A DNA stretch of 64,000 nucleotides from Candidatus Sumerlaeia bacterium. GTDB lineage: Bacteria > Sumerlaeota > Sumerlaeia > SLMS01 > JANRJK01. Location of the stretch: the NCBI GenBank assembly GCA_033764015.1, contig JANRJK010000014.1:99244-163243 (forward strand), written 5' to 3'. The notes beneath the pieces were generated by a model, which was not told the origin of the DNA, ran no database searches, and saw only the letters and a program-made list of their open reading frames with translations. Below are positions 8,951-18,298 of this stretch, in pieces. Within the stretch, counting starts at the first letter, position 1. The number at the start of each line of letters is the position of its first letter. Both the position numbers and the translations under genes were made by a program.

Positions 8951-10398
8951 GTTGGGCTCTCCACCTCGCGGCGCGTGTAGATCTCTTTGGGCACATCAAG
9001 CTGCCGAAGGTCGAAATCCGTCTGACACATCGGCGTGTAACCGGTCGGCTCGAAGTCGCCGACCACCCGGCGGTCGATCATTCCGCGGCGGTGGAAGCGG
9101 AATACCTCGCGGGTGTTGATCGCCATGCCATCGAACCCGGTGACTTCGGCGACGCTTTCCAGCCTGCGGACGCCGTCTTCGAACCGGCGCACGTGGACGA
9201 TCAAGTTCAATGCGGCGCCAATCTGCTCGCGGATCGCCCGGGAGGGCAAGTCGATCCCGGCCATGAGCACCATCGTCTCGAGGCGCGAGAGCGCGTCCTT
9301 GGGGGTGTTCGCGTGGATCGTCGCCATGCTGCCGTCGTGGCCCGTGTTCATGGCCTGGAGCATGTCGAGCGCCTCGCCGGAGCGCACTTCGCCGACCACG
9401 ATCCGGTCGGGGCGCATGCGGAGGCTGTTGACCAGGAGGTCGCGCATGGAGATCTCGCCGCGCCCTTCGATGTTGGAGGGCCGCGTTTCGAAACGGATCA
9501 CGTGCTCCTGGTCGAGCACCAGCTCCGCCGCGTCCTCGATCGTGATGATGCGTTCGTCGTCGGGGATCGCTTCGGCCATGACACCGAGGAACGTGGACTT
9601 GCCGGCGCCGGAGCCGCCGCACACCAGGATGTTCCGGCGCGCGCGGACCGCCGCGGCCAGGAAGCGCTGGATGTCCTCGTTGTACATCCCGAGGCGCAGC
9701 AGGTCCTTGCCGCGCAGGCGCGTGCGGCCGAAGCGGCGGATCGACATCGTGGGCCCGTCGATCGAGACCGGCGGGATCGTGGCGTTCACGCGGCTTCCGT
9801 CCGCCAGGCGGGCGTCCACCATCGGGCGCGACTCGTCGATGCGGCGTCCGAGCGAAGAGGCGATGCGCTGGATCAGGCGCGTGAGGTGCGCGGCGTCCTG
9901 GAAGCGGACCGAGGTCTTCTCGAGCCGGCCGAAGCGCTCGATATAGACATCGAACGGACCGACCACCAGGATGTCCGCCACGGCCGGGTCCGCCATCAGC
10001 GGGGCGAGCGGCCCGACGCCGAGCGTCTCCTCGACCAGATCCTCCGCGAGGCGGCGGCGCTCCGCTTCGTTCAGCGCGAGTTCCGTGGTGTCGAGGCTCT
10101 TCGCCACGAACTCCTGGACGAACGCCTTGATGCGGTCCTCCGAGGACTCGAGGAGCTTCTGCTTGTCGAGCGCGTCGAGCAGGCGTCCGTGGAGCTGGCT
10201 CTTGACCGAGAGGTACGCCGCGCGCCCGAGGCTGCGGCTTTCCGTGCGGACCGTGTCGCCTTCGCGCGAGAGCGCGGAGATCTGCCGGTCGCCGGCGCGC
10301 CGGATGCGGTACTCGGGCACGCGGACATGGACGCGCGACAAGAGGTCGCGCATCGTGGGGCGGTGCGCCGCGCCGGAGCCGTTGGCTTCGCCGCTCAA
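8947..10398 (-). CDS. cpaF: Tad assembly ATPase CpaF/TadA
   Basis: GVGPLAPLMADPAV, Walker A GGSGAGKST, TIEDAAEL, LRMRPDRIVVGEVR, MNTGHDGSMATIHAN; alternative start ATG 10353. Confidence 0.96.
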   Translation of the reverse strand: MSGEANGSGAAHRPTMRDLLSRVHVRVPEYRIRRAGDRQISALSREGDTVRTESRSLGRAAYLSVKSQLHGRLLDALDKQKLLESSEDRIKAFVQEFVAKSLDTTELALNEAERRRLAEDLVEETLGVGPLAPLMADPAVADILVVGPFDVYIERFGRLEKTSVRFQDAAHLTRLIQRIASSLGRRIDESRPMVDARLADGSRVNATIPPVSIDGPTMSIRRFGRTRLRGKDLLRLGMYNEDIQRFLAAAVRARRNILVCGGSGAGKSTFLGVMAEAIPDDERIITIEDAAELVLDQEHVIRFETRPSNIEGRGEISMRDLLVNSLRMRPDRIVVGEVRSGEALDMLQAMNTGHDGSMATIHANTPKDALSRLETMVLMAGIDLPSRAIREQIGAALNLIVHVRRFEDGVRRLESVAEVTGFDGMAINTREVFRFHRRGMIDRRVVGDFEPTGYTPMCQTDFDLRQLDVPKEIYTRREVESPT

Positions 10399-11606
10399 TT
10401 CTGGGCTCCGCCCTGGGATGCGCCCGCCGCGATCGGCGTGGCGAGCAGTTCCGGCGTGCCGCGCACGCTGACGTCGTCCGCGATCGCCTCGATGGCCTTC
10501 GAGAACCCGGCGAAGCGCGACTGGGACAGCACGAGGGGCCGTCCGAGGTTCGCCGCCTCGATCAGGTCCTTCTCGTACGGGACGACGAAGTCGAACGAAA
10601 GGCCGAGGCGCTTCGCGATGTCCTCCGGGGACAGGAAGCCCATCGACGCCGAGTAGCGGTTCAGCACTAGGCGGCGCCGGAACTCGGGGATGCCGACCTC
10701 GTCGAGTACGTGGAGCATGCGCTGCGTGCCCTGGAGGACGGGGACCGTGCTCTCCGTGATGAGGTAGGCGGCGTCCGAAAGGTCGAGGATCGTCAGCATC
10801 ACGCGGTCGATCATCGGGAACGTGTCCACGATGACGAAATCGTAGGCCCGGCGCGAGAGGTTGACCACGCGGGAGATCACGTCGTCGTCGACCATCGAGC
10901 CTTCGAGCGCGTCGTTCGGCGCGGCGAGCACGTGGAGTCCGGAGGAGTGGCGCACCGCGAGCTGGCGGAGCAGCGTTTCGTCGAGGCGTTCGTGCTCGCG
11001 GACCGCGTCCACGATCGTCGTCTTCGGGTCGAGGTCGAGCATGGCCGCGCAGATGCCCATCTGGACCGACACGTCGATCAGCAGCACCCGGTCGGGGTAG
11101 CGGCGGGCGAGCGCGCAGGCGGTGTTGACCGCGAGCGTCGACTTGCCGACGCCGCCCTTATAGGTGAAGAACGAGGCGAGGCGCCCGCGGCGGCGGACCT
11201 TCATGGTCTGCTCCGCGAGCGTGCGCTGCAGGAACTGGTCGAGTTCCAGCGAGGAGATCGGACGGCGGAGGAAGTCGCGCACTCCGGCGCGCATCCCCGC
11301 GATGACGTAGTCGCCTTCCTTCACATCGGGGCCGAAAAGCGTCGGGTGGTAGATCGCGGCAACCGCGGTCTTGGGCGAACCGTTCTGCACTTCCTCGACG
11401 AAGTTGCGCAGCGAGAGCAGCTCGAGGTCCGACTCGACCAGGAGGATGTCGGGCTGGCGGCTGCGCGCCTGGTCCGCGCCCTTCTTCACGTCGCCGACGA
11501 AGTGAGTCACGGCGCGCACCTTGGGGATGCGTGCCAGCGCCGACTCGACCTCCGCGAGGAGGGAGTTGTCTTTGCCGACGACCATGATCTGGGGATTCAG
11601 TTCCAC
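10395..11606 (-). CDS. cpaE: Tad localisation protein CpaE/TadZ (pseudo-receiver plus MinD/ParA-like domain)
   Basis: Receiver-like N-terminus (PDILLVE, no phospho-Asp), KGGVGKST, YDFVIVD, AANLGRP. Confidence 0.9.
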   Translation of the reverse strand: MELNPQIMVVGKDNSLLAEVESALARIPKVRAVTHFVGDVKKGADQARSRQPDILLVESDLELLSLRNFVEEVQNGSPKTAVAAIYHPTLFGPDVKEGDYVIAGMRAGVRDFLRRPISSLELDQFLQRTLAEQTMKVRRRGRLASFFTYKGGVGKSTLAVNTACALARRYPDRVLLIDVSVQMGICAAMLDLDPKTTIVDAVREHERLDETLLRQLAVRHSSGLHVLAAPNDALEGSMVDDDVISRVVNLSRRAYDFVIVDTFPMIDRVMLTILDLSDAAYLITESTVPVLQGTQRMLHVLDEVGIPEFRRRLVLNRYSASMGFLSPEDIAKRLGLSFDFVVPYEKDLIEAANLGRPLVLSQSRFAGFSKAIEAIADDVSVRGTPELLATPIAAGASQGGAQN

Positions 11607-11624
11607 TCGGTGGGCTCCAGGGGG

Positions 11625-13190
11625 TTAGCGTCCGACGGATCGGACAAGCGCGGGGGCGGCGATACCGCCACCGGGCGCGCTGCGCGCGGCGAAGACGGCG
11701 TCCACCTCGGCGGTGGAAAGCGACAGATCGAGCGCGCGGACCGGCACGGCGGAGACGTTTTCCGCCCCCATGCCCGGCCCGAGACGCGTGATGGTGACCT
11801 CGGTGCTACCGGCGGGTCCCGGCCCTACAACGGACACGGACGCGTAACCGAACGCGACGACGCGGGGGATGTTAAGAGTGGCGGCGGTCTGGATGAAAAG
11901 CGGGAAGTACTGCTCGCCCGGATCAAGCGCCAGATAGCCTGGGGTGAGGGCGGCGGTGACCACCTCGTCGCCGATGACGACCGGCTCGTGGGTAGTCACG
12001 AGCGAGCCGATGCCATGCGCGGCGGCGGCCGTGCCGTTGACACCACGCGTGACGACCAGGCGAGGCGGTCCGGCTAGCACTCCGGTCACCCGCATCAACT
12101 CGTCATTGACTCGGACAACGCGTCCGGCCGGCGGAACCGGCAGAACAAACGCTGTGGATGACACGGTAAGCGTGCCATCCCCGGCGCCCGCCGCCACCGT
12201 GGACTCGCCGCGCCGCGACAGGAAGGCGGCTGTGGTGCCGGCGGCACCCGGGGGCGCGCCCGTTGTCACGCTGCCAGTGGTGCGCACGTAAAGCGTCTGC
12301 GGCACCCCGACCGCCACGGAGTTCCACCAGCCGACCCGAATTGAAAACGGAGCCGTGCCGGTGACGGCGGGGCCGCCGTTGGCGAGCGCGCTCGGGATGT
12401 ACGGACCAGCGGAAATCGCAGGTTGCTCGTCAGCGATCGCCGTCGCGCGCACCGAGAGCCCGTGGACGCGGGGCTGGTACGGCGAACCGCCATCGTTCCA
12501 GGCGGTCGTGGCGCGCCCGAAGAGCATCGGCAGTCCGGGCGCGGAGGTGGAGATGAAGGGCTCGTTCTCGAAACCAAGTCCGAGGAAATCGGTGACGCGC
12601 CGCACGCGGACAAGGAACGACGGGGCGTCCGGCACCGCGGCGAGGTTCGGCAGGAAGTCGTCGCGGAGATAGGGGTTGGGGAAGTTCACCCCTTCCTCGT
12701 GGCTCGCCGAGGCGATGTAGGTGCCCGACAGCATGTCGCCGTGCGGAAGGTTCGGCGGATCGCCGGTCGGCGTGACGCCGTCCTGCGTGCCGTCGTTCCG
12801 CGCGAGGTCCGGGTCGTAGAAGCTGATGGGGGTGATGATGGATTGACCGGCGAAGTTGGGGCCGACGCCCGGGGTGAAACTGATCTCGGGGCCCGCAGAG
12901 ACGTTCGTCGGGTCGACGGCGAGGGAGAGGTCGTCGTCGAAGACCTGCCGTACCGCTGTGCGGACCGCCTCGCGCTGGTCGTTGCCGCTATCGCGTTCGC
13001 GAAGCCCGGTGATGGCGCCGTGGTCCGCCGCGCTTTGAAGGCGCGCCTGGACGCCGCGGATCATGCCGAGGTCGATCATCAGCGCGAGCATCGCGAACAG
13101 GATCGGGATCAGCACCACGAACAGCAGGAGGATCGACCCTTGGCGGGGCGCACTCCTAGCGATCAAGATGGTGCTCTGGCGACGGCTCAC
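11625..13190 (-). CDS. tadG: TadG-like minor pilin / tip protein
   Basis: RQGSILLLFVVLIPILFAMLALMIDLG...LQSAADHGA Tad N-terminal motif followed by a large extracellular region. Confidence 0.8.
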   Translation of the reverse strand: MSRRQSTILIARSAPRQGSILLLFVVLIPILFAMLALMIDLGMIRGVQARLQSAADHGAITGLRERDSGNDQREAVRTAVRQVFDDDLSLAVDPTNVSAGPEISFTPGVGPNFAGQSIITPISFYDPDLARNDGTQDGVTPTGDPPNLPHGDMLSGTYIASASHEEGVNFPNPYLRDDFLPNLAAVPDAPSFLVRVRRVTDFLGLGFENEPFISTSAPGLPMLFGRATTAWNDGGSPYQPRVHGLSVRATAIADEQPAISAGPYIPSALANGGPAVTGTAPFSIRVGWWNSVAVGVPQTLYVRTTGSVTTGAPPGAAGTTAAFLSRRGESTVAAGAGDGTLTVSSTAFVLPVPPAGRVVRVNDELMRVTGVLAGPPRLVVTRGVNGTAAAAHGIGSLVTTHEPVVIGDEVVTAALTPGYLALDPGEQYFPLFIQTAATLNIPRVVAFGYASVSVVGPGPAGSTEVTITRLGPGMGAENVSAVPVRALDLSLSTAEVDAVFAARSAPGGGIAAPALVRSVGR

Positions 13191-13265
13191 GGGGGGTCTC
13201 GTTTCGTGCGTACGGCGTCAAGCGGTGCTGCGGACAGCGTTGGAAGTTGGGTGCGGGAACAGTGA

Positions 13266-13296
13266 GGGGCACCGGGATCAGGTCTCTCGGTGCCCC
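13266..13296. other. Intergenic stem-loop between cpaB and tadG
   Basis: GGGGCACCG / CGGTGCCCC inverted repeat. Confidence 0.4.
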
Positions 13297-13350
13297 CCTT
13301 CAAGCGCGTGTTATCCGCCCGGCAGGCGCGGGGAGTTGCGCCCTATCCGG

Positions 13351-14367
13351 TCAGCTCCCGCCCTGGAAGACGATACGCTGCTTGCGGGTTCCGACCACCG
13401 TCTCGATCATCGTCGAGGGCGTCTCCACGACAGCGGCCTGGTCGGGCTCGGGCTCCTTCGCGGCCTCCGAGTTGATCGGCACCAGTTCACCCGTGGCGGT
13501 GACTTCCTGGTCCTCGCCGGGGAGCTCGATCGGACGGATGAAGATGTCGTTCTCGGGCGCGCCGGGGAGCGTCGACCGGGCGAAGGCTGTCATCAGGTCG
13601 TTGCTGGCGAAGGCCTCGTTCACGGCCGCGGCGTCGTTCGGGTCGATCGCGAGGGTGATCTCGTAGTTGCGCTTGTTGACGAAGCGCTTGTTGGTGCCGA
13701 CGAGGCCGGAGGCGGTCTCCACCTGCTCGTTGCGGATGGTGACGGGGCGGATGACGATCGCGTTCTTCGCCACGACGCGGGAAACGGTGCCGCCGCCGTA
13801 GGAGGAGAGGACGCCCGCGGCCGCGAGGTCTTCAGCGCGGCCCTTGCTGAGCATCGCCACGCCGAAGCGGCTGGTCGCGAGGAGGTCGATGCGGTCGTTC
13901 GCGTTCAACGAGTAGGCGCCCTTGATGCGGGAGGCGTCGATCGTCACCGCGCGGTAGCCCGGGGGAACCGCCGCGCCGATGCCTTCCGTGGTGCCCTGGG
14001 GCGTGAAGTCGTCCTCGGTGAAGGCGTAGCCGGCCTGCTTGTCGCGCTTGAGAACGCGGCCAAGGATCTGGCGCGGGTCCACGATGGGGGGATCGTCCGT
14101 GCCGTTGACGCTCACGGCGACGAGGCGCGGCTGCATGGTGCGGGGGTCGACGATGTGGTCGCGGGTCACCTTCGTGAAGGCCGAGATGTTGGACACCGAA
14201 AGCGGGACGAGCTGCTTCCCGGGAGGCGCCTCCATCTTGCCGTTCTGCTGGGTCTTGTTGCCGTTCGAGACGCCGGGCAGCGTCACGATGCCGGCGAGCG
14301 ACAACCCCAACACCGTCAACACGACGGTGATGATGATCAGCGCGATCAACATGGGGATCATTTTCAT
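13351..14367 (-). CDS. cpaB: CpaB/RcpC-like pilus assembly protein (SAF domain)
   Basis: N-terminal TM, ILGRVLKRDKQAGYAFTEDDF, VPPGYRAVTID...LNANDRIDLL; start at 14367 uncertain. Confidence 0.82.
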   Translation of the reverse strand: MKMIPMLIALIIITVVLTVLGLSLAGIVTLPGVSNGNKTQQNGKMEAPPGKQLVPLSVSNISAFTKVTRDHIVDPRTMQPRLVAVSVNGTDDPPIVDPRQILGRVLKRDKQAGYAFTEDDFTPQGTTEGIGAAVPPGYRAVTIDASRIKGAYSLNANDRIDLLATSRFGVAMLSKGRAEDLAAAGVLSSYGGGTVSRVVAKNAIVIRPVTIRNEQVETASGLVGTNKRFVNKRNYEITLAIDPNDAAAVNEAFASNDLMTAFARSTLPGAPENDIFIRPIELPGEDQEVTATGELVPINSEAAKEPEPDQAAVVETPSTMIETVVGTRKQRIVFQGGS

Positions 14368-14401
14368 GGGCGGGGGCCTCTTCTGAAGATCGCCGAAGCG
14401 C

Positions 14402-15286
14402 TTACTGGAAGACTTCGCGACGGTAAATTGCTTGGGACGTGATGAGCTTGCGGTACGGGCGGACCGTGCCCGCAAGCGGATTGTGCTGCCTACCGAGACC
14501 GTACACGCCCGCATACGGTCCCGGCAGCCCGGGGGAAACCGGGTCCACCGGCGTCCCGGTCGCGGGCGAGTTGAGCGCCGTCACCGACGCATCGTCCGCG
14601 ATGTTGGGATAGCCATAGGTGCCCTTGAGGGTGCCACCGGGGGTATCCCGGAAGCCGCCCATCTCGGGGGCTTGGATCGGGAGGTGGAGACGGAGCGCCA
14701 CGAGCCCGCCCTCCGGCGAGTTCACCGGGAACGGGTCCGTACCGATCTCCTCGATCACCTGCACCCACTCGACGGTCTCGATCCCAGTGGAGGGATCGCG
14801 GGCCACAACCGTCGGAATTTCAACCTTGTAGCCGCTGTTATAGGCCACCACCGGGTCCAACGCCTGACGCTCGATCAGCGCTCCCGGGTACCGGAAGAGG
14901 ACCTGTCCGCCAACCTCTTGCAGGAACATCACCGGATAAAGGGCTCGGTTGACAGGAGGCACCGGCGGGGTCAGCGAGTCGAGGTAGTCGTAGAGGGACC
15001 CCTGCGGCGGCGGCGCCGTGTACCAGGACGTGACGTCGATCGCTAGGTACTCGTCGCTGTAGACGCGGAGCTTGAACTCGGACGAGGCGTCGTCCCGGGC
15101 CTGCTCGAAGGTCCACGTGGCCGGGAGGGCGGTGCGGGAGAGTTCGCGGGCTGCCAGGTCGATGGCGCTCTGGGCGGCCTGCGCGGAGTACATCGTGCGG
15201 CCGAAGGTCATCATGCTCGCGATGATCATGTAGAGGATCAGCGAGACGACGCAGAACTCGAAAAGGATGCCGCCGCGGGAGCTCAC
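14402..15286 (-). CDS. tadE: TadE-like pseudopilin
   Basis: RGGILFEFCVV...AIDLAARELS motif; GTGA overlap with the peptidase stop. Confidence 0.8.
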   Translation of the reverse strand: MSSRGGILFEFCVVSLILYMIIASMMTFGRTMYSAQAAQSAIDLAARELSRTALPATWTFEQARDDASSEFKLRVYSDEYLAIDVTSWYTAPPPQGSLYDYLDSLTPPVPPVNRALYPVMFLQEVGGQVLFRYPGALIERQALDPVVAYNSGYKVEIPTVVARDPSTGIETVEWVQVIEEIGTDPFPVNSPEGGLVALRLHLPIQAPEMGGFRDTPGGTLKGTYGYPNIADDASVTALNSPATGTPVDPVSPGLPGPYAGVYGLGRQHNPLAGTVRPYRKLITSQAIYRREVFQ

Positions 15287-15720
15287 CGAGCGGAATGCAG
15301 CGCTCCGTGGCGCAGGAACAGCACGCTGGCGAAGGCGAGCGCGATCGCCGGACCGTAAGGCGCTTCCTTCTTGCCGCGGGCCAACTGAATCCCCCCCGTG
15401 GCGCCCATCCACAGCGCGCAGAAAATCAGAAAGGGGATTGTCAGGGGATAGCCGAGGACGGCGCCCAAGGCTGCCATCAGCTTGGCGTCCCCGCCCCCGA
15501 ACTTCAGGGCGTAGAACAAAAGCAGGCCCGCAACAGTTCCCAGCGCTCCTCCAAGCAAGGCTCCCCGCAGCGTGAGCTGTGGGACCCAGTGGAAAGCGCT
15601 CGCAACGAGCGCGGTGCCGAACAGGACGATCGAGATCCAGTCGGGAATCTCGCGGCGCCTCAGATCGGTGATGCAGGCGATGATCAGGAGCGGGAGCGCA
15701 AGCCATTCCAGAATGTTCAC
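15283..15720 (-). CDS. cpaA: Flp prepilin peptidase (A24; CpaA/TadV)
   Basis: TDLRRREIPDW, FGGGDAKL, PYGPAI motifs; polytopic membrane protein. Confidence 0.92.
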   Translation of the reverse strand: MNILEWLALPLLIIACITDLRRREIPDWISIVLFGTALVASAFHWVPQLTLRGALLGGALGTVAGLLLFYALKFGGGDAKLMAALGAVLGYPLTIPFLIFCALWMGATGGIQLARGKKEAPYGPAIALAFASVLFLRHGALHSAR

Positions 15721-15760
15721 GATGTTGGGGATGAGCGGGACCTTGTGCGTTGGTAAGGGA

Positions 15761-15791
15761 CCGTCCCCCGCCCACGAGGAGCGGGGGACGG
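15761..15791 (-). terminator. Stem-loop after the pilin genes (partial terminator or mRNA stabiliser)
   Basis: 11-bp inverted repeat CCGTCCCCCGC / GCGGGGGACGG between flp and cpaA. Confidence 0.5.
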
Positions 15792-15829
15792 GCCGTACAA
15801 CCGAACGCCGCCGAGGCGGCGCGACGGGC

Positions 15830-16192
15830 TTAGAAGTTCTCGAAAACGAGAGCTTCCCAGGCCACCGTCCACTCGTTGTTCGTGATGTTCACGTCGAGGC
15901 GGTAGGTCGGGGTGGCATCGTTGATGGCGGTCGAGATCGCACCGATGTTCAGGTTGATGCCCGTGCCGTCGATCGGATCGGGGACCGAGAGCTCGATGAG
16001 CTCGCCGACGTAGACCGGCTGGTCGTAGATCGGCTCAGAGCCGGGGATAATGGCCGCGGCGGTGGCGAACAGGTCGCCAACGTTGTGACCGAACACCGAG
16101 AGAGCGCCGAGCGAAACGATCGCGACGCCCATGACGATGAGACCGTACTCTGCGAGGCCCTGGCCCTTCTTGTTGAGCAGGAGGTTACGCAT
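15830..16192 (-). CDS. flp: Flp-family pilin, 120 aa, C-terminally extended (copy 1)
   Basis: KKG/QGLAEYGLI prepilin motif (G, E+5, Y+6); AAGAGGAG RBS before ATG 16192. Confidence 0.9.
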   Translation of the reverse strand: MRNLLLNKKGQGLAEYGLIVMGVAIVSLGALSVFGHNVGDLFATAAAIIPGSEPIYDQPVYVGELIELSVPDPIDGTGINLNIGAISTAINDATPTYRLDVNITNNEWTVAWEALVFENF

Positions 16193-16313
16193 TGCCGGAG
16201 TCTCCTCTTTCCTGGAGAATTCGACCACACAGCTAGGGTGGGGTCGTGCTTGAAGCCAAGCGTTGCACTACACCCCTGGGGACTGCTTCCGCCCGGGGCC
16301 GGCGGTTTCCGCG

Positions 16314-16676
16314 CTAGTACCGCTCCACGACGAGGCTTTCCCACGCCACACCGAACTCGCCCTGGCTGATGTTCTGGTCAAGGCGGTAGATGGGGGAGGG
16401 ATCCGCGTTGTTCGCGGCTAGCGTTGAAACATCGACGCTGACGCCGGACCCGTCGATCGGGTTCGGGACGTCCAGCTCGACCAGGTTCCCGACGTAGACG
16501 GGCTGGTCGTAAATCGGTTCGGAGCCGGGAAGGATGGCGGAGGTGGTTGCGAAGATGTCGCCGATGTTGTGACCGTACATCGAGAGGGCGCCAATACCCG
16601 CAATCGCAACGGCGAGAAGAATCACGCCGTATTCCACCATTCCTTGGCCTTTCCTGTCACGCAGCACAGAGCGCAT
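16314..16676 (-). CDS. flp: Flp-family pilin, 120 aa, C-terminally extended (copy 2)
   Basis: RKG/QGMVEYGVI motif; AAGGAG upstream; 68/120 residues identical to copy 1 by manual ungapped alignment. Confidence 0.9.
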   Translation of the reverse strand: MRSVLRDRKGQGMVEYGVILLAVAIAGIGALSMYGHNIGDIFATTSAILPGSEPIYDQPVYVGNLVELDVPNPIDGSGVSVDVSTLAANNADPSPIYRLDQNISQGEFGVAWESLVVERY

Positions 16677-16888
16677 GTTCAGGGTCCAGCTCCTTCAGCG
16701 TTTGCCGTCGGCCGCCATTGGTGGGCGCCTGGTCCGGCGTTTCAGTGCGTGTACGTCGTGTACCGAGCCTTCAAGCGGACGGGGGGTCAAACGTTTTTCG
16801 ACGGCCCCGCCGTTTTTTCGGCCCGGGATCGGTCGCGATCCCCGCCCTGCGTGGTTGGTACGCTCCACGATCATGGGGGGGCGCAAGC

Positions 16889-18298
16889 TTAATCGACCGC
16901 ACCCCCGCGCGCCGGAGAGGGGAAAACCCGCTCCAAGGCGGGGCTGCAAGTAAGGGCGAGCAGCGCCAGGAACTGGAATCCCACGAGGGGAATCCGCAGG
17001 TGGAAGTCGGTCGCGGCGTGCGCCAGCGTGATCGCGCAGCCGGCCGCCGCGGCGCGCCGGATCATTTGTTCGCGAATGGACCAACGCACGCTCCAGTCGC
17101 GCCGCGCCTCGATCCACGCCGCGAACCAACGCAGCGCGAGGAGCGCGAGCAGCGCGCAGACCGGCACGCCGAGTTCGCCCAGCCACTGCACCCAGTCGTT
17201 GTGCGTGAAGACCGCGGTGGTCGCGGTGGGAACGGTGGCGAAGCGGTTGAGCGCGTGCTCGGCGCCTCCGATGCCCATGCCCCCGTAGTTCGTGGCGCGG
17301 AGGCCGCGCAACGTCGCGAACCACATGTCCACGCGGTCGATGCGCTCGATGCCTTCCAGTTCGCGGAACCGGGAAGCGTACCGGTCGGCGAGGGAGGCGG
17401 CGCCGGTGAGCAGGAGCAGCAGCGCGGCGGCCGCGAGCGCGGCGTGGGACCCCTGCGGCGCGCCTGCCCCGCGCCCGCGCTGCCAGAGGGCGCGTTCCCG
17501 GAGCGCCCATGCGATGAGCACTCCGCCGCCGAGGACGAGGGAGCTGCGGGAGAAGGCCGCGAGCCAGCCGACGAGCGCGGCGAGGATCAGCGCGGCGAGT
17601 GCGAGGACGGGGGGCCCCGGCGCGTTGGAGGTGGAGCGCCGGTGCCACTGGGCGCAGACGGCCAGCGCGAGGGGGATGCCCATGACGGCGAGCGCCGCGT
17701 GGTGGTTCGGGTTGAAGAGGGCGCCGCGGGCGCGCTCGGCGCCGCGCAGGGCGTAGCTGCCGAGGCCGAGGACGCCTTCCAGCAGCGAGGCGCACACGAC
17801 GACCGCGAGCAGCCGGGCCGCGACGGTGCGCCGCGTGAGCATCGGCGCGATGCCGAGGACGAAGAGCGCGGAGGCGGCGAGCTGGTGCCAGCCAAGCGCG
17901 GCGCGTCCCGGGGCGAGGGCCCAGGGCAGCGAATCCGGGGGCGCGAGGCCGGCGTCCTGGAACGCTGCGAGCGCCTCGCGCCAAAGCGGGTTGGCGCTGG
18001 CGAGCCCCAAGGGAAGGGGCGCGAGTTGGAGCGAGGCGAGCGCTGCGGCGGCGAGGAAGAAGCGCGCCAGCCAGCGGAGCGGCGCGGCGTCGTCGCCGTC
18101 GAGGCGCCCGCAGGCCCAGCCCCAGGCGCCCCAGGCGCCGAGCAGCGCGCAAAGCGCCCAGGCGGCGCCGCGCGCCAGGCCGTAGCCGGCGAGGCCCCAG
18201 TTGAGGAATCCGAGCGCGTGGATGGCGACCACGGCGGCGAGGGCCGCGGCGTCGCCGGCGCGCACCCAGCGGGGCGCGGGAGGCGCGGCGGGCGTCAC
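16889..18298 (-). CDS. O-antigen ligase / O-oligosaccharyltransferase-like (Wzy_C) membrane protein
   Basis: RARGALFNPNHHAA, FSRSS, THNDWVQWLGELG, HAATDFHLRIP; many TMs; GTGA coupling to the upstream gene. Confidence 0.85.
   Translation of the reverse strand: MTPAAPPAPRWVRAGDAAALAAVVAIHALGFLNWGLAGYGLARGAAWALCALLGAWGAWGWACGRLDGDDAAPLRWLARFFLAAAALASLQLAPLPLGLASANPLWREALAAFQDAGLAPPDSLPWALAPGRAALGWHQLAASALFVLGIAPMLTRRTVAARLLAVVVCASLLEGVLGLGSYALRGAERARGALFNPNHHAALAVMGIPLALAVCAQWHRRSTSNAPGPPVLALAALILAALVGWLAAFSRSSLVLGGGVLIAWALRERALWQRGRGAGAPQGSHAALAAAALLLLLTGAASLADRYASRFRELEGIERIDRVDMWFATLRGLRATNYGGMGIGGAEHALNRFATVPTATTAVFTHNDWVQWLGELGVPVCALLALLALRWFAAWIEARRDWSVRWSIREQMIRRAAAAGCAITLAHAATDFHLRIPLVGFQFLALLALTCSPALERVFPSPARGGAVD

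Noticed and set aside
16748..16763. CGTGTAC direct repeat upstream of flp2 as a regulator site
   Set aside because: Only two 7-mers with 9-bp period and no second instance to support it
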